Shown piece after piece: positions 1-8,900 of a stretch of DNA of 64,000 bases. Every line of letters starts with the position of its first letter. The stretch's first letter is position 1. The notes below the pieces were generated by a model. That model was not told where the DNA came from. It did not search any database and worked only from the letters and a program-made list of their open reading frames with translations. The position numbers and the translations under genes are program-made. The stretch lies in the sequence record NC_019929.1; one strand, written 5' to 3'.

Positions 1-207
1 ACTTCTATTCAGAAACGGCAGTGCTCGGTTGGGAAGAACTGACTGAGGAAATCGGTCAGTACAAGAAAACATGGTACCGTCACCCGGACTGGCAAACGCT
101 GGTTCCAGAGATGGTGCGTAAAGAAGCCTCCAAACTCACCGTTATCACTGATGAAAACGGCAGAATGCGGATGGCGCAATACTAACGAAGAGGTAATCAA
201 AGTGTCT

Positions 208-681
208 ATGACTCCAATTAACTATAACTTGGTAGTGAAAGAACTTTCGAACGGTCTGGTTGCATTGGACAGTGACGAAGCCCTGAGCTTGGCAATGCTC
301 CCGCATGTGGAGCTGAGCGAATTCCGTACCATCCGCTACGGCGCTGGCCGTCAGAAAGGGGTGACCGAACACGCCATCAACATGGCGGCGCACCACAGAG
401 GGTCGGTGCTTATCCTTGTCCATCATGAAGCGTTACGCAATGAAGCGATGCGTAAGTTCCATGCGAAGGCATCGGGAGATGGGTGGTTAACTGTGCATTG
501 CAGTTACCTGCCTGAGAACTGGAAACAGGCTACCGGCTCTGGACTCTCTGGTTATGAGAAGTTCAGTCTGGTCATTGTCGATGAGGCCGGGTTCTTCTTC
601 AACAAATTTAGCTTTGACAAAATCTACCGCAGTCTGGTCGATGTTGTGACGCCGGACGTGGTTATCCATCTCATCAATTAA
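208..681 (+). CDS. Small P-loop/terminase-ATPase-like protein with degenerate Walker A
   Basis: ORF 151..681; start moved to ATG 208 (GAGGT upstream). Motifs GRQKGVT and LVIVDEAG resemble RQxGKT and hhhhDE. Confidence 0.55.
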   Translation: MTPINYNLVVKELSNGLVALDSDEALSLAMLPHVELSEFRTIRYGAGRQKGVTEHAINMAAHHRGSVLILVHHEALRNEAMRKFHAKASGDGWLTVHCSYLPENWKQATGSGLSGYEKFSLVIVDEAGFFFNKFSFDKIYRSLVDVVTPDVVIHLIN

Positions 682-692
682 GAGAACACGCA

Positions 693-848
693 ATGAGCAA
701 TAAAGAGCAGGTACAGGAATCACAGCTGGCAGCTGACCCAATGGACTTTGGTGACATCCCAGGTCTTGACCCGGATGCCGGTGTTGTCGGTGGTGTTGAT
801 GCAGCTATCGAAGACGATGGTTGTGCTGGCGGTGCCTGCAAAATTTAA
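693..848 (+). CDS. 51-aa acidic peptide ending in a NrdA-like C-terminal tail (DDGCAGGACKI)
   Basis: Hand-translated ATG693..TAA848: MSNKEQVQESQLAADPMDFGDIPGLDPDAGVVGGVDAAIEDDGCAGGACKI. Fills the gap between two co-oriented genes and is below the ORF-track length cutoff. Confidence 0.7.
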   Translation: MSNKEQVQESQLAADPMDFGDIPGLDPDAGVVGGVDAAIEDDGCAGGACKI

Positions 849-908
849 CAAATAGGTGTGTCCATATGGACACACCACTTTATTTTTTTACCCAAAAGGA
901 AAATTATC

Positions 909-1814
909 ATGGGCGATCGTTTTGTTATTCAGATTCCGTACAACGTTATTGTAAACCCGAATGCGTATTTAGAGCAGATTAACACCCTGCTGGCAGGCTT
1001 CTGTCATCGCCAGCACGCGACCCCGTGGTCGTTTGAAGCGCTGTACTCACTGAGCGTTAACAGTGAGACCGGCAGTACCCGCGTTGAAGGGAAGGTGAAA
1101 ACCGAAGACGGTCGTCTGGAAATCAACGATTTCGAAATGCCGTGGCAACTGAAAGATGTTGAGTTCAACGGCAAAGTTAACCATCCGCGTTATATCCCAC
1201 TCTTCTCTGTTGGCCAGTGTATTGACAATGTACTGGGCTGGTCTGCTGCGCGTGGTATTCTGGAAAACGGCAAATGGGACACCCAGGTGACCAAGCTGTA
1301 TGAAGAAGACGGTGAAGCGGCGACCGGTATCAGCAAATCGAAAGAGCGCCTTATCATGGACGGTCTGGGTGATGCTCTGGTGGTGCTGGTTAACGTGATG
1401 GAACTGTCGGGTATCGGTGCAGGTAAATTACGCGAGTGTTTTGTTGACGCCACGCTGGCACGCAACAACAGCAACAACAAAGTCAATAGCTACGGCCCAC
1501 ACCGCCTGTTCCACTGGATGCGTATGTGTCTGACTATCGGTAATCAGGTGCTGTACACTGCGTACGATACCTACCTCGAGAACGACGAGAACCGTGGTAA
1601 GAAGTTCTCTATTGAGCTGGGTGAAACCAACGCTTCCCGTCACGCCGAATCATTCATTGGTCACGCCACCCATGCGGTGCACGCGATGTTGCTGCTCGCC
1701 GATCACTACAACATGCCTATCGAACATTGCTTCTCCCTGGCGTGGGATGAAATCAAAGACCGTAAAGGGTTCTTGAACGCCGACGGCATCTTCATTAAAG
1801 AAGCTGACGCCTAA
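909..1814 (+). CDS. mazG: MazG-like nucleotide pyrophosphohydrolase (extended)
   Basis: W..RG...Q..KLYEEDGE...DGLGDALVVL and C-terminal CFSLAWDEIKDRKG signature of phage MazG-like proteins; ATG909 preceded by AAGGA. Confidence 0.75.
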   Translation: MGDRFVIQIPYNVIVNPNAYLEQINTLLAGFCHRQHATPWSFEALYSLSVNSETGSTRVEGKVKTEDGRLEINDFEMPWQLKDVEFNGKVNHPRYIPLFSVGQCIDNVLGWSAARGILENGKWDTQVTKLYEEDGEAATGISKSKERLIMDGLGDALVVLVNVMELSGIGAGKLRECFVDATLARNNSNNKVNSYGPHRLFHWMRMCLTIGNQVLYTAYDTYLENDENRGKKFSIELGETNASRHAESFIGHATHAVHAMLLLADHYNMPIEHCFSLAWDEIKDRKGFLNADGIFIKEADA

Positions 1815-1841
1815 TATAAAAAAGACAGAGGTACTATTCGC

Positions 1842-2669
1842 ATGAAAATCTTCTTAGTCACTGATGAGTTCATTGCAGGAACGGTTAATCCGTCGTTTCG
1901 CGCGGTCGTTATTGCGGCGGATGAATCCGGTGCCCGTTGGGTGGTAGCCCGGCAGAAGGCGGGGCCGGGGATGGAAAATGTCCGGCAAGCCTGCGCCATC
2001 TCGTTAGGTGAAACCGAAGTCGGGGAAGAAACCGTTCTGTCCTACACCACCGGTATCGGGACTGGGAGCATGGTGAAAACCCATCCCCCGATTCCACTGG
2101 AGGCAGACGAGTTTTACCGGGTGAGTGTAGAAACTGTACGTGACCCCTTAGCGCCACTCCCTCAACACCCCGACCGTTTAGGCGATAACCAGGTCTCGTA
2201 CTGGTTCTCTCAGCACACCGGAATTATGATGCGTTTAACCGAACGGGAAACTGTTCTGCCAAACCTGACCGGTGAAAAAGGCGTGTACTCTGAGAAAGAA
2301 AGTTACGCGCAATACTGGCGGCTGTCGCACAACGCAAAACGTCCCGAATTCTCACCAACTGAATCGTTGAACGTTGAGCATTATTTGGCCCGCCCGGAAT
2401 CCGCCAATATCTATACCTTGGCTGAAACACACAGCATCATCTCCCGGCTTTCTCAGGCACCGTATCATGCCGAAGCGCCAAGAGAGTTGTTGTCCTACCT
2501 GTGGGATAACTTTGTTTCCTACAAAGAGGTGGGGTCGGACACGCTGGTAAAAGACCTGCTGTTGTTCAATGGGCAGCAACTGTGGTTCCAGGCAGAGAAA
2601 GCGCGTGACTGGTTTATAACAGTACCGCAATGTATCACGCTGGTACGCAACCTTAACACGGATGCTTAA
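1842..2669 (+). CDS. hypothetical protein
   Basis: 275-aa ORF with GAGG RBS, in a co-oriented run. Confidence 0.8.
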   Translation: MKIFLVTDEFIAGTVNPSFRAVVIAADESGARWVVARQKAGPGMENVRQACAISLGETEVGEETVLSYTTGIGTGSMVKTHPPIPLEADEFYRVSVETVRDPLAPLPQHPDRLGDNQVSYWFSQHTGIMMRLTERETVLPNLTGEKGVYSEKESYAQYWRLSHNAKRPEFSPTESLNVEHYLARPESANIYTLAETHSIISRLSQAPYHAEAPRELLSYLWDNFVSYKEVGSDTLVKDLLLFNGQQLWFQAEKARDWFITVPQCITLVRNLNTDA

Positions 2670-2671
2670 CC

Positions 2672-3109
2672 ATGGAAAAACGACTGCACACTTTCGATTA
2701 CAACGGACGTGAGCAGTTGTTTGTAGACGGTGAGCTGTGGGAAGACCACGGTCTCACCCTGCAACAACTGTGGAAGTTAAAGTTACTGTCAAGTCGACAC
2801 GGCGGGTTAGAGTTCGTCTTTACCGACCAACCTATTCCTGAGCAAGTGTGGACTGACCAACGTGACTTGCTGTTCTGGGAGGTTCGTGAGTCGTTCCTGA
2901 AGAAGGTGTTGTACACGCATAGTTGGCGTGGAGGATGCCATAGTCCAGCGAATGTATTGAAACTCTCTGAACGGTACGGCACCGAGATGGCGTACATCCA
3001 GACATGGCCGAAGGAACTGGATGAAAACAGTTTGGTGGTCTGGTGGTCAGCCCCGCAAGGTAGCGATCGGGCTACCGTCCGAATCGTGTTCGAACACGAC
3101 TACAAATAA
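2672..3109 (+). CDS. hypothetical protein
   Basis: 145-aa ORF abutting the upstream stop, followed by a terminator. Confidence 0.8.
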   Translation: MEKRLHTFDYNGREQLFVDGELWEDHGLTLQQLWKLKLLSSRHGGLEFVFTDQPIPEQVWTDQRDLLFWEVRESFLKKVLYTHSWRGGCHSPANVLKLSERYGTEMAYIQTWPKELDENSLVVWWSAPQGSDRATVRIVFEHDYK

Positions 3110-3118
3110 AATAAAAGT

Positions 3119-3155
3119 CGAGTAGCCCAATGGGCTACTCGCTTTCTTTTTTTGT
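3119..3155. terminator. Bidirectional intrinsic terminator
   Basis: CGAGTAGCCC-AAT-GGGCTACTCG stem, T-tract downstream and A-tract upstream, between convergent genes. Confidence 0.8.
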
Positions 3156-3156
3156 C

Positions 3157-3699
3157 TTAAGATGCAGACGTGTCGTAAACCAGGCCATCTAACTGGGTGT
3201 CAGTGACCAGTTTACTGATGTCCGAACCGTCGGCCGGTACTTCCATGAGGTACACTTCAAGCCTACCGATCCAGGCAAAGGATTTGCCGTTGAACCGTAA
3301 GCTGTGTTTGTCACCGGACACTGCTTCCGTGGGATAGATTTCATCCTCGGTGATGATAAGGTTATACTTATCCCGAATCAACGGCAACAGTCCAGCAGCG
3401 GTAGTCACCCCCGTTCCGTCCACGGAGATAACAATACCGTCAAACAAGTGATCCATAAACAAACGACGATAAGTTACCGTGAACTTGCCGAACGTCCCTT
3501 TATCCAGGATACCATTCACGTCCATCGTGGTGTTTAACCGCGTGTAGTACGTGGGGTCATCCTCACCGGGCCCAGCGAGATTAGAAGGGGTACCGAATGC
3601 CAGCATATCCGACGTAATCCCTTTTGTCGTAAAGCCGGGGTTCTTGGCCACGATTAATTCGTAGACCAACTCTTTTGCGCTTTTACCAAACAGACTCAT
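3157..3699 (-). CDS. Putative virion (tail/baseplate) protein
   Basis: 180-aa ORF at the end of the minus-strand tape-measure operon. Confidence 0.6.
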   Translation of the reverse strand: MSLFGKSAKELVYELIVAKNPGFTTKGITSDMLAFGTPSNLAGPGEDDPTYYTRLNTTMDVNGILDKGTFGKFTVTYRRLFMDHLFDGIVISVDGTGVTTAAGLLPLIRDKYNLIITEDEIYPTEAVSGDKHSLRFNGKSFAWIGRLEVYLMEVPADGSDISKLVTDTQLDGLVYDTSAS

Positions 3700-3730
3700 T
3701 CTGTTTTCCTCTCTGCGATGTAAATTACCC

Positions 3731-5941
3731 TTAACGGGCCTGCGTCAGGAATATGTTCGCAATTTGTCGGGCAGGTACAAGGTCAAATGCAGCGTTCATG
3801 ATGTTACCTTGCGACCAAGCAGAGGCGGCGTTCTGTGCCCAGATGGACGCATTGATTTTCGCCCGCTCAATCCCAACCACACGTTCGCGCAGGGTAGCAG
3901 CACCCAACACGGCCATGAACTCACTGAATTTATTATCGTCGTCCCACACGCCGGTATCCGTAACGATAGGCATGTACATGACGCGCGACAAGTCGCGGAT
4001 AGTCACCTGAATATCACACGACAACGGCACCCCATCACCACGCCACCCAAGACCCCCAGCACCGAACTGCAACGACAGGTTCGTTACCATGGCATTACGC
4101 ATGGAGTAACGACCGCGTGAGTAGCACTCGAGATAGAACGGGTGTGTAAACGATTGTTTACCGGTAGCAATAGGACAAACGGCCGCTAACCAAAACGACA
4201 TCGGTACGAGCAAATCCTGGAACACGTCCAAATCATTACCTGACCAACAACGGAGTGGGATACTCATGGTGATATCGTCGCCTGACGTATCTGAGGAATC
4301 CCACACCTCGGGGAAGTCAATCACTGACGAGTTGTACAGTGACATAATCCCGGACAGGTGTAACAAGTCCAGTGCGCCGGTGAATGCGGACTTCAAGCCA
4401 GTGACCAGACCGTCGATGGCATCAAAGCCGGTCTTGCCCCCTGACAGGTTTACTTCCAACGAACGGGCTTTCTGGGTGACGGAGTTCACGGTGCCGGAAA
4501 TCTCCGGTTCTTTAGTGGTGTTCGAGAAGTTACGGGAGACGGTATCCCGCCCGTCAATCTTCCAGGTTACCCACTGCGAGCCGTTACGGATTTCGGAAGC
4601 CGCCTGTTCAGACACATTGTCCCAGGTACGCTCCATCATCCCGACCATGTCTTTAAAGAATGAACCCACGTTTTCTTTTTGCCCTTCTGCCATCCAGTTT
4701 TCAATCTTGCCGATGTCCAGGTTGTTCTCGTCCATCGCGGTGGCGGAGTTCTGCGCATTCGCGGCGTTTTCCTGGTTCTTTTTCATCTCGTCAAGTTGTG
4801 ATTGGAGTTTCTGCTCTTTGGCCTTCGCCGAGTTCTCAAAGTCCTGGGCAGTGCCGCCGGACTGCTGGGCGTCAGTAATCCCGCCTTGCATTCCGTTGAC
4901 CAACTCGTTTTCTTGCTGGGTGGCATCATTGAACCCGGCCGAATAGGCAGGGTCTTTGCGGGCTACCGTTTCCAACATCCCCAGCGTCACTTCAAACTGT
5001 GCCGCATCGGTTTGCACTTTGGTGGAATATGTAGCTTCGTTGTAGAACGCTCTCAAACGTTCCGCGAAATCCTCTTCGTTATCCCCGGCCTTCTTGCGAA
5101 TCTCTTCGATGGTCTTCGCCTGGTAGTTCGCCAGGGTCTGATAACGGTTGATCATGCGGTAGATATCGAACTCACCGTTGTCCTTCCAGATAGCCGGGAG
5201 CATCGAGTACCAGTCTTCACGTTCTGCGTTGTACTTGTTTTCCTTGTCGTTAACATCGTAACCTAAGGCAAACGTACCGAGTACCCCGGTTGGGACTAAA
5301 CGACGGTAGACCAACTGTGTGTTGACCATGTTCTGCACCGCGCGCAGATACAGGTGCATCGTTGGCATCACGTAGTAGTAACGTGAGGTTTCTTTGTTCA
5401 GTACCACTTTCAGGATACGGGGAGTAATCAGGATGATGGCAAAGGCCACTGTCCCAACGGTCGCCCACAACGCAGCGGCGGCCACGTAGGTTCCGATAGA
5501 ACGCAACATCCCCGGATAGTTACCAGTACGCGCCAGGTACGCCAGGTTGGAGTCGTACATGTTCGCAAAGAATGCGGCTACCCCAAGGTAACGCGGTTTA
5601 CCAAAACGACAATGAAGATAGTACGCGTTCTGGTTAATCGATTCCCAGTAGAAGGTACCGAGCTTATAAGACCCGCGCGCATCCTGGCCAGAGATTTGGC
5701 CTTGTGCCGCGGAACTTGTGGAAGTTGGTTGTGCGAACGCTCCGGTGGAGGGAGGGTCTGCAAACAACGTGAACTGTGGGGGTGCATTGATAGCGCGAGA
5801 ACCACCCATCGTGGTATCTTCAAACGACATCATCGCATTTGAGAAACGACGAAGACCCATGAATCGTTCGTCGCGACGCTCCCCTGTCCCACCGAATAGC
5901 GTCTGAACCCAACTTGTGTCTTCTAACTTGCGTGCATCCAC
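3731..5941 (-). CDS. Tail-associated virion protein, possibly baseplate hub (phiKZ gp182 position)
   Basis: 736 aa directly downstream of the tape-measure gene; central Q/E/A coiled-coil segment; synteny with phiKZ-like phages. Confidence 0.6.
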   Translation of the reverse strand: MDARKLEDTSWVQTLFGGTGERRDERFMGLRRFSNAMMSFEDTTMGGSRAINAPPQFTLFADPPSTGAFAQPTSTSSAAQGQISGQDARGSYKLGTFYWESINQNAYYLHCRFGKPRYLGVAAFFANMYDSNLAYLARTGNYPGMLRSIGTYVAAAALWATVGTVAFAIILITPRILKVVLNKETSRYYYVMPTMHLYLRAVQNMVNTQLVYRRLVPTGVLGTFALGYDVNDKENKYNAEREDWYSMLPAIWKDNGEFDIYRMINRYQTLANYQAKTIEEIRKKAGDNEEDFAERLRAFYNEATYSTKVQTDAAQFEVTLGMLETVARKDPAYSAGFNDATQQENELVNGMQGGITDAQQSGGTAQDFENSAKAKEQKLQSQLDEMKKNQENAANAQNSATAMDENNLDIGKIENWMAEGQKENVGSFFKDMVGMMERTWDNVSEQAASEIRNGSQWVTWKIDGRDTVSRNFSNTTKEPEISGTVNSVTQKARSLEVNLSGGKTGFDAIDGLVTGLKSAFTGALDLLHLSGIMSLYNSSVIDFPEVWDSSDTSGDDITMSIPLRCWSGNDLDVFQDLLVPMSFWLAAVCPIATGKQSFTHPFYLECYSRGRYSMRNAMVTNLSLQFGAGGLGWRGDGVPLSCDIQVTIRDLSRVMYMPIVTDTGVWDDDNKFSEFMAVLGAATLRERVVGIERAKINASIWAQNAASAWSQGNIMNAAFDLVPARQIANIFLTQAR

Positions 5942-5961
5942 GTTTCACCTCTTAAAGAAAA

Positions 5962-5979
5962 GGGGGCATTGCTGCCCCC
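5962..5979 (-). terminator. Intrinsic terminator after tape-measure gene
   Basis: GGGGGCA-TTGC-TGCCCCC stem; AAAGAAAA on plus is the U-tract on minus. Confidence 0.6.
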
Positions 5980-5983
5980 GTAT

Positions 5984-8900
5984 TTAGCCGACCTTGCGTT
6001 GGACGTTCAGCGAAGGTGCGGGTTGAGTGATGGGTTGTTGGCGAGAGGCTGAGCCCGCGGGTGCTTGCCCTTGTGCTTGTGCCTGGTTCCCACCTGTCGA
6101 TAAACCACGACCGGGGTTCGCCTTCATGTAGTCGCGGATTTCTTTCAGATACCCGGCTGACTCTTTCAGGACATTCAGCTGTTGCACATCGACCGGCACG
6201 GTGTTCAGTGTCGGTGTTGATGCTGTAGCGTCTGAACTGTTGGCCGCAGGTTGCTGCGCGGCTTTTTGCAGTTGCTTCTCAGCCCCTGCTTTGACCTTCG
6301 CAACATCCGTTGGTGACAGCCCGTCTGCTGCTGCGGCAGCTGCTACCCCATCCGCAGTGGTCGACGCATCACCTCCGCTGGTACCTGCCCCTGGAGACGG
6401 TACCGCAGGCCCTGCATTCCCTGACGCCGTGGCTTGTGCATCCGCGGCCGCTTGTGCCCCTTTTGCATCCAGTGCGTCATCACGACGAGCTGCGTTATCG
6501 GCAGGCAAGTCGTCTGCCGCCCCGGCAATCGACGGGTCATTAGCCGCACCGGCTGCCACCGCTGGGTTAGCCGGAGACAGGTTCTTCGTCAAATCAGCCG
6601 TCATTCCTGGCGCTGCACTCATCACGTTGGCCGAGACAGCACCCATGCGACGGTTCAACTCCTGAATCACTTCACCGATTGTCCGGTTGCGACCTTGTCC
6701 ATCGTAGAACACCCCTTTGTTCCCTGAGAGAATCGCCGCGGTAATCCCTGGCGCACGCGCCGATGGAGCCGTTGGGTTCTTCTGCCAGGCTTTGAGGAAC
6801 AGTTTACCGCCACCGGCACCGAGGAAGTGGTACAGGTACGCCACCGCTGGCGGTGGTGCTGCGCCACCCAAGTCACGCTGCGCGGAAGCGATGTTGTCAC
6901 GGATAAACTGCATCCCCAGCAGGGTGTTCGCCCACGGGTCAAGTTGCCCGCCGTTACGGTTCAGTTTGTTCGGAATACCAAACTTATTCCCGTGCCCTTT
7001 CATCATGTCGCCCCAGGTTCCGTTAATGAACTGGAACAACCCACCGGCTGACCCGGCACTGTTGGTCACGGTATAGTCGTAGCTTGATTCCGCTTTCGCC
7101 ATTGCCAAGGCAACGGCTGGCGGAACCCCGAACATCTTCGCCGCATCCACAATCATCGACTGGATGGCTTGGACATTCAATGCCCCACGACGACCCAATT
7201 TCTCTATCGGGTACTTCTCCGCTAGAGATTTGTAATCCCCGGCCTGGACTTCCCCGAGACTAATCCCGGACTGACCAGTGGTCATCTTCGCGTAGTTCTC
7301 AATCCCCCCGACCGCATCGACCGATTGTGATAGGTCGTTCGGTGTCCCGTTAAAGCCCGGCGCTGCCGCATAGCCGTTTGCACGGTTTGCCGCATCCGAC
7401 CCTTTCCCGTAGGTTTCAAAGAACTTGCTTTGTGGGTCATCTCCAGAGGTCTGGAAGAAGTTGGTGTTCTTATCACGACGCTGCCATTGGGCACGTTTCC
7501 CAGCAGATTGCGTTTCCTTCAACAGGTTACGCACTGCCAGGTCAGCTTCCTTCGACAACACACGCAAGGTTTCCAACTCTTTGTCGACAGTACGTGGGTC
7601 TGTGTTGGCTTCACCGCCCAATGGGTTGAACGGGATTTCCCACACCGACTGACGTACGCCCCCTTTCAGGTTGTACGCACCACGTACCAGCAAGGCGATT
7701 TCGTACAGATAACCACCCGTCATTTTCAGGTTCAATGGATCACCGGCAGGCAGGTAGCGCTTCACCCCAACGAGGAACGTCATGAAGGCTGGTAAGAAGC
7801 GGCTAAAGAACCACAACTTGTACCTGTCTTCTTTCGGTCCCCCAATGGCGTCAGGTGCCAGCACTGCCACCGCTTTCTTCCAATCCCCTTTGTAACTGGC
7901 AGACTTCGTATCGACGTCTTTGATGACTTCCTTCTCGAAGAGGTTCAACTGCGTACGGGCCGCAGAATCAATCGTCACCAACCCGTACGTTTTCCAACGC
8001 AGGGATTCGAGGGCATCCAAATCTTTCTTGTCTGCCACCGCATTCCAGTCGACCTGAATCTGTACCTGTTCGGTACCGTCTTCCCAGCCTTGGGTTTTGA
8101 TGGTGTTGTCGTTACGCGCCTTATCCAGCGCGGCCAGTTTCTGGGTTGATTCCGCAACCGACGCTGACTTGACCCCATCCACCGCCTCACGCATCCCTTT
8201 CTTCTCAGCGATTTTATCATCAACCAGCCAATCAATCTCTTTCCCTACCCGGTCTTGCACCTTCATCACTTCATCCGCATCCAGCAAGTCCGGTGAGGTG
8301 AAGGTGATGGCATCCCAGGCTTTCGAGAAGAAGCCCTGATTCACTTTACGTGGGTCAGTTAGGGCATGGAAAGCGTTGGCGTCTTTCGACATCTTCACTT
8401 TCGCCCAGAGGCGCTTCTGATCCGCTTTCGAGGTTTTCGATTGGTCAGCCACATCGGCTAACTGGATATCATTGTCCATCGACTTCAAGGCGGTTACCCA
8501 ACGCAGGTAGACCGGCACGAAACGTTGCAGCATGAACGCCTGGAAGGCCAGCATTTCGCCTTTCTCTTCCAGATTCACCCCGTACCCTTCGGCGAGTTTC
8601 TCTACGTCTTTGGCAGCCATACCACGCAAGGTGGCTTGTCCTTTGTCATCGTAGCTGATGTATTGTTTGATGTTGTCTTCGAGGAAGCGGGCTTTTGCAC
8701 CGTCATCGGATGACCAGGCATCGTTGTTGCGATAACCGTACTGGGCCAAACGCATTTTGTCTAAACGCAATGCGGCTTTGTACGTGGCGATATGGTAAGC
8801 CAGCCAGGATGCGCCGACGACAGCAGCCCCGATAGCAATGGCAGGCCAACCGACCGCAGCAACCACCGCAGAGGCGGCTGTGTACAGTCCGGTTGCCACC

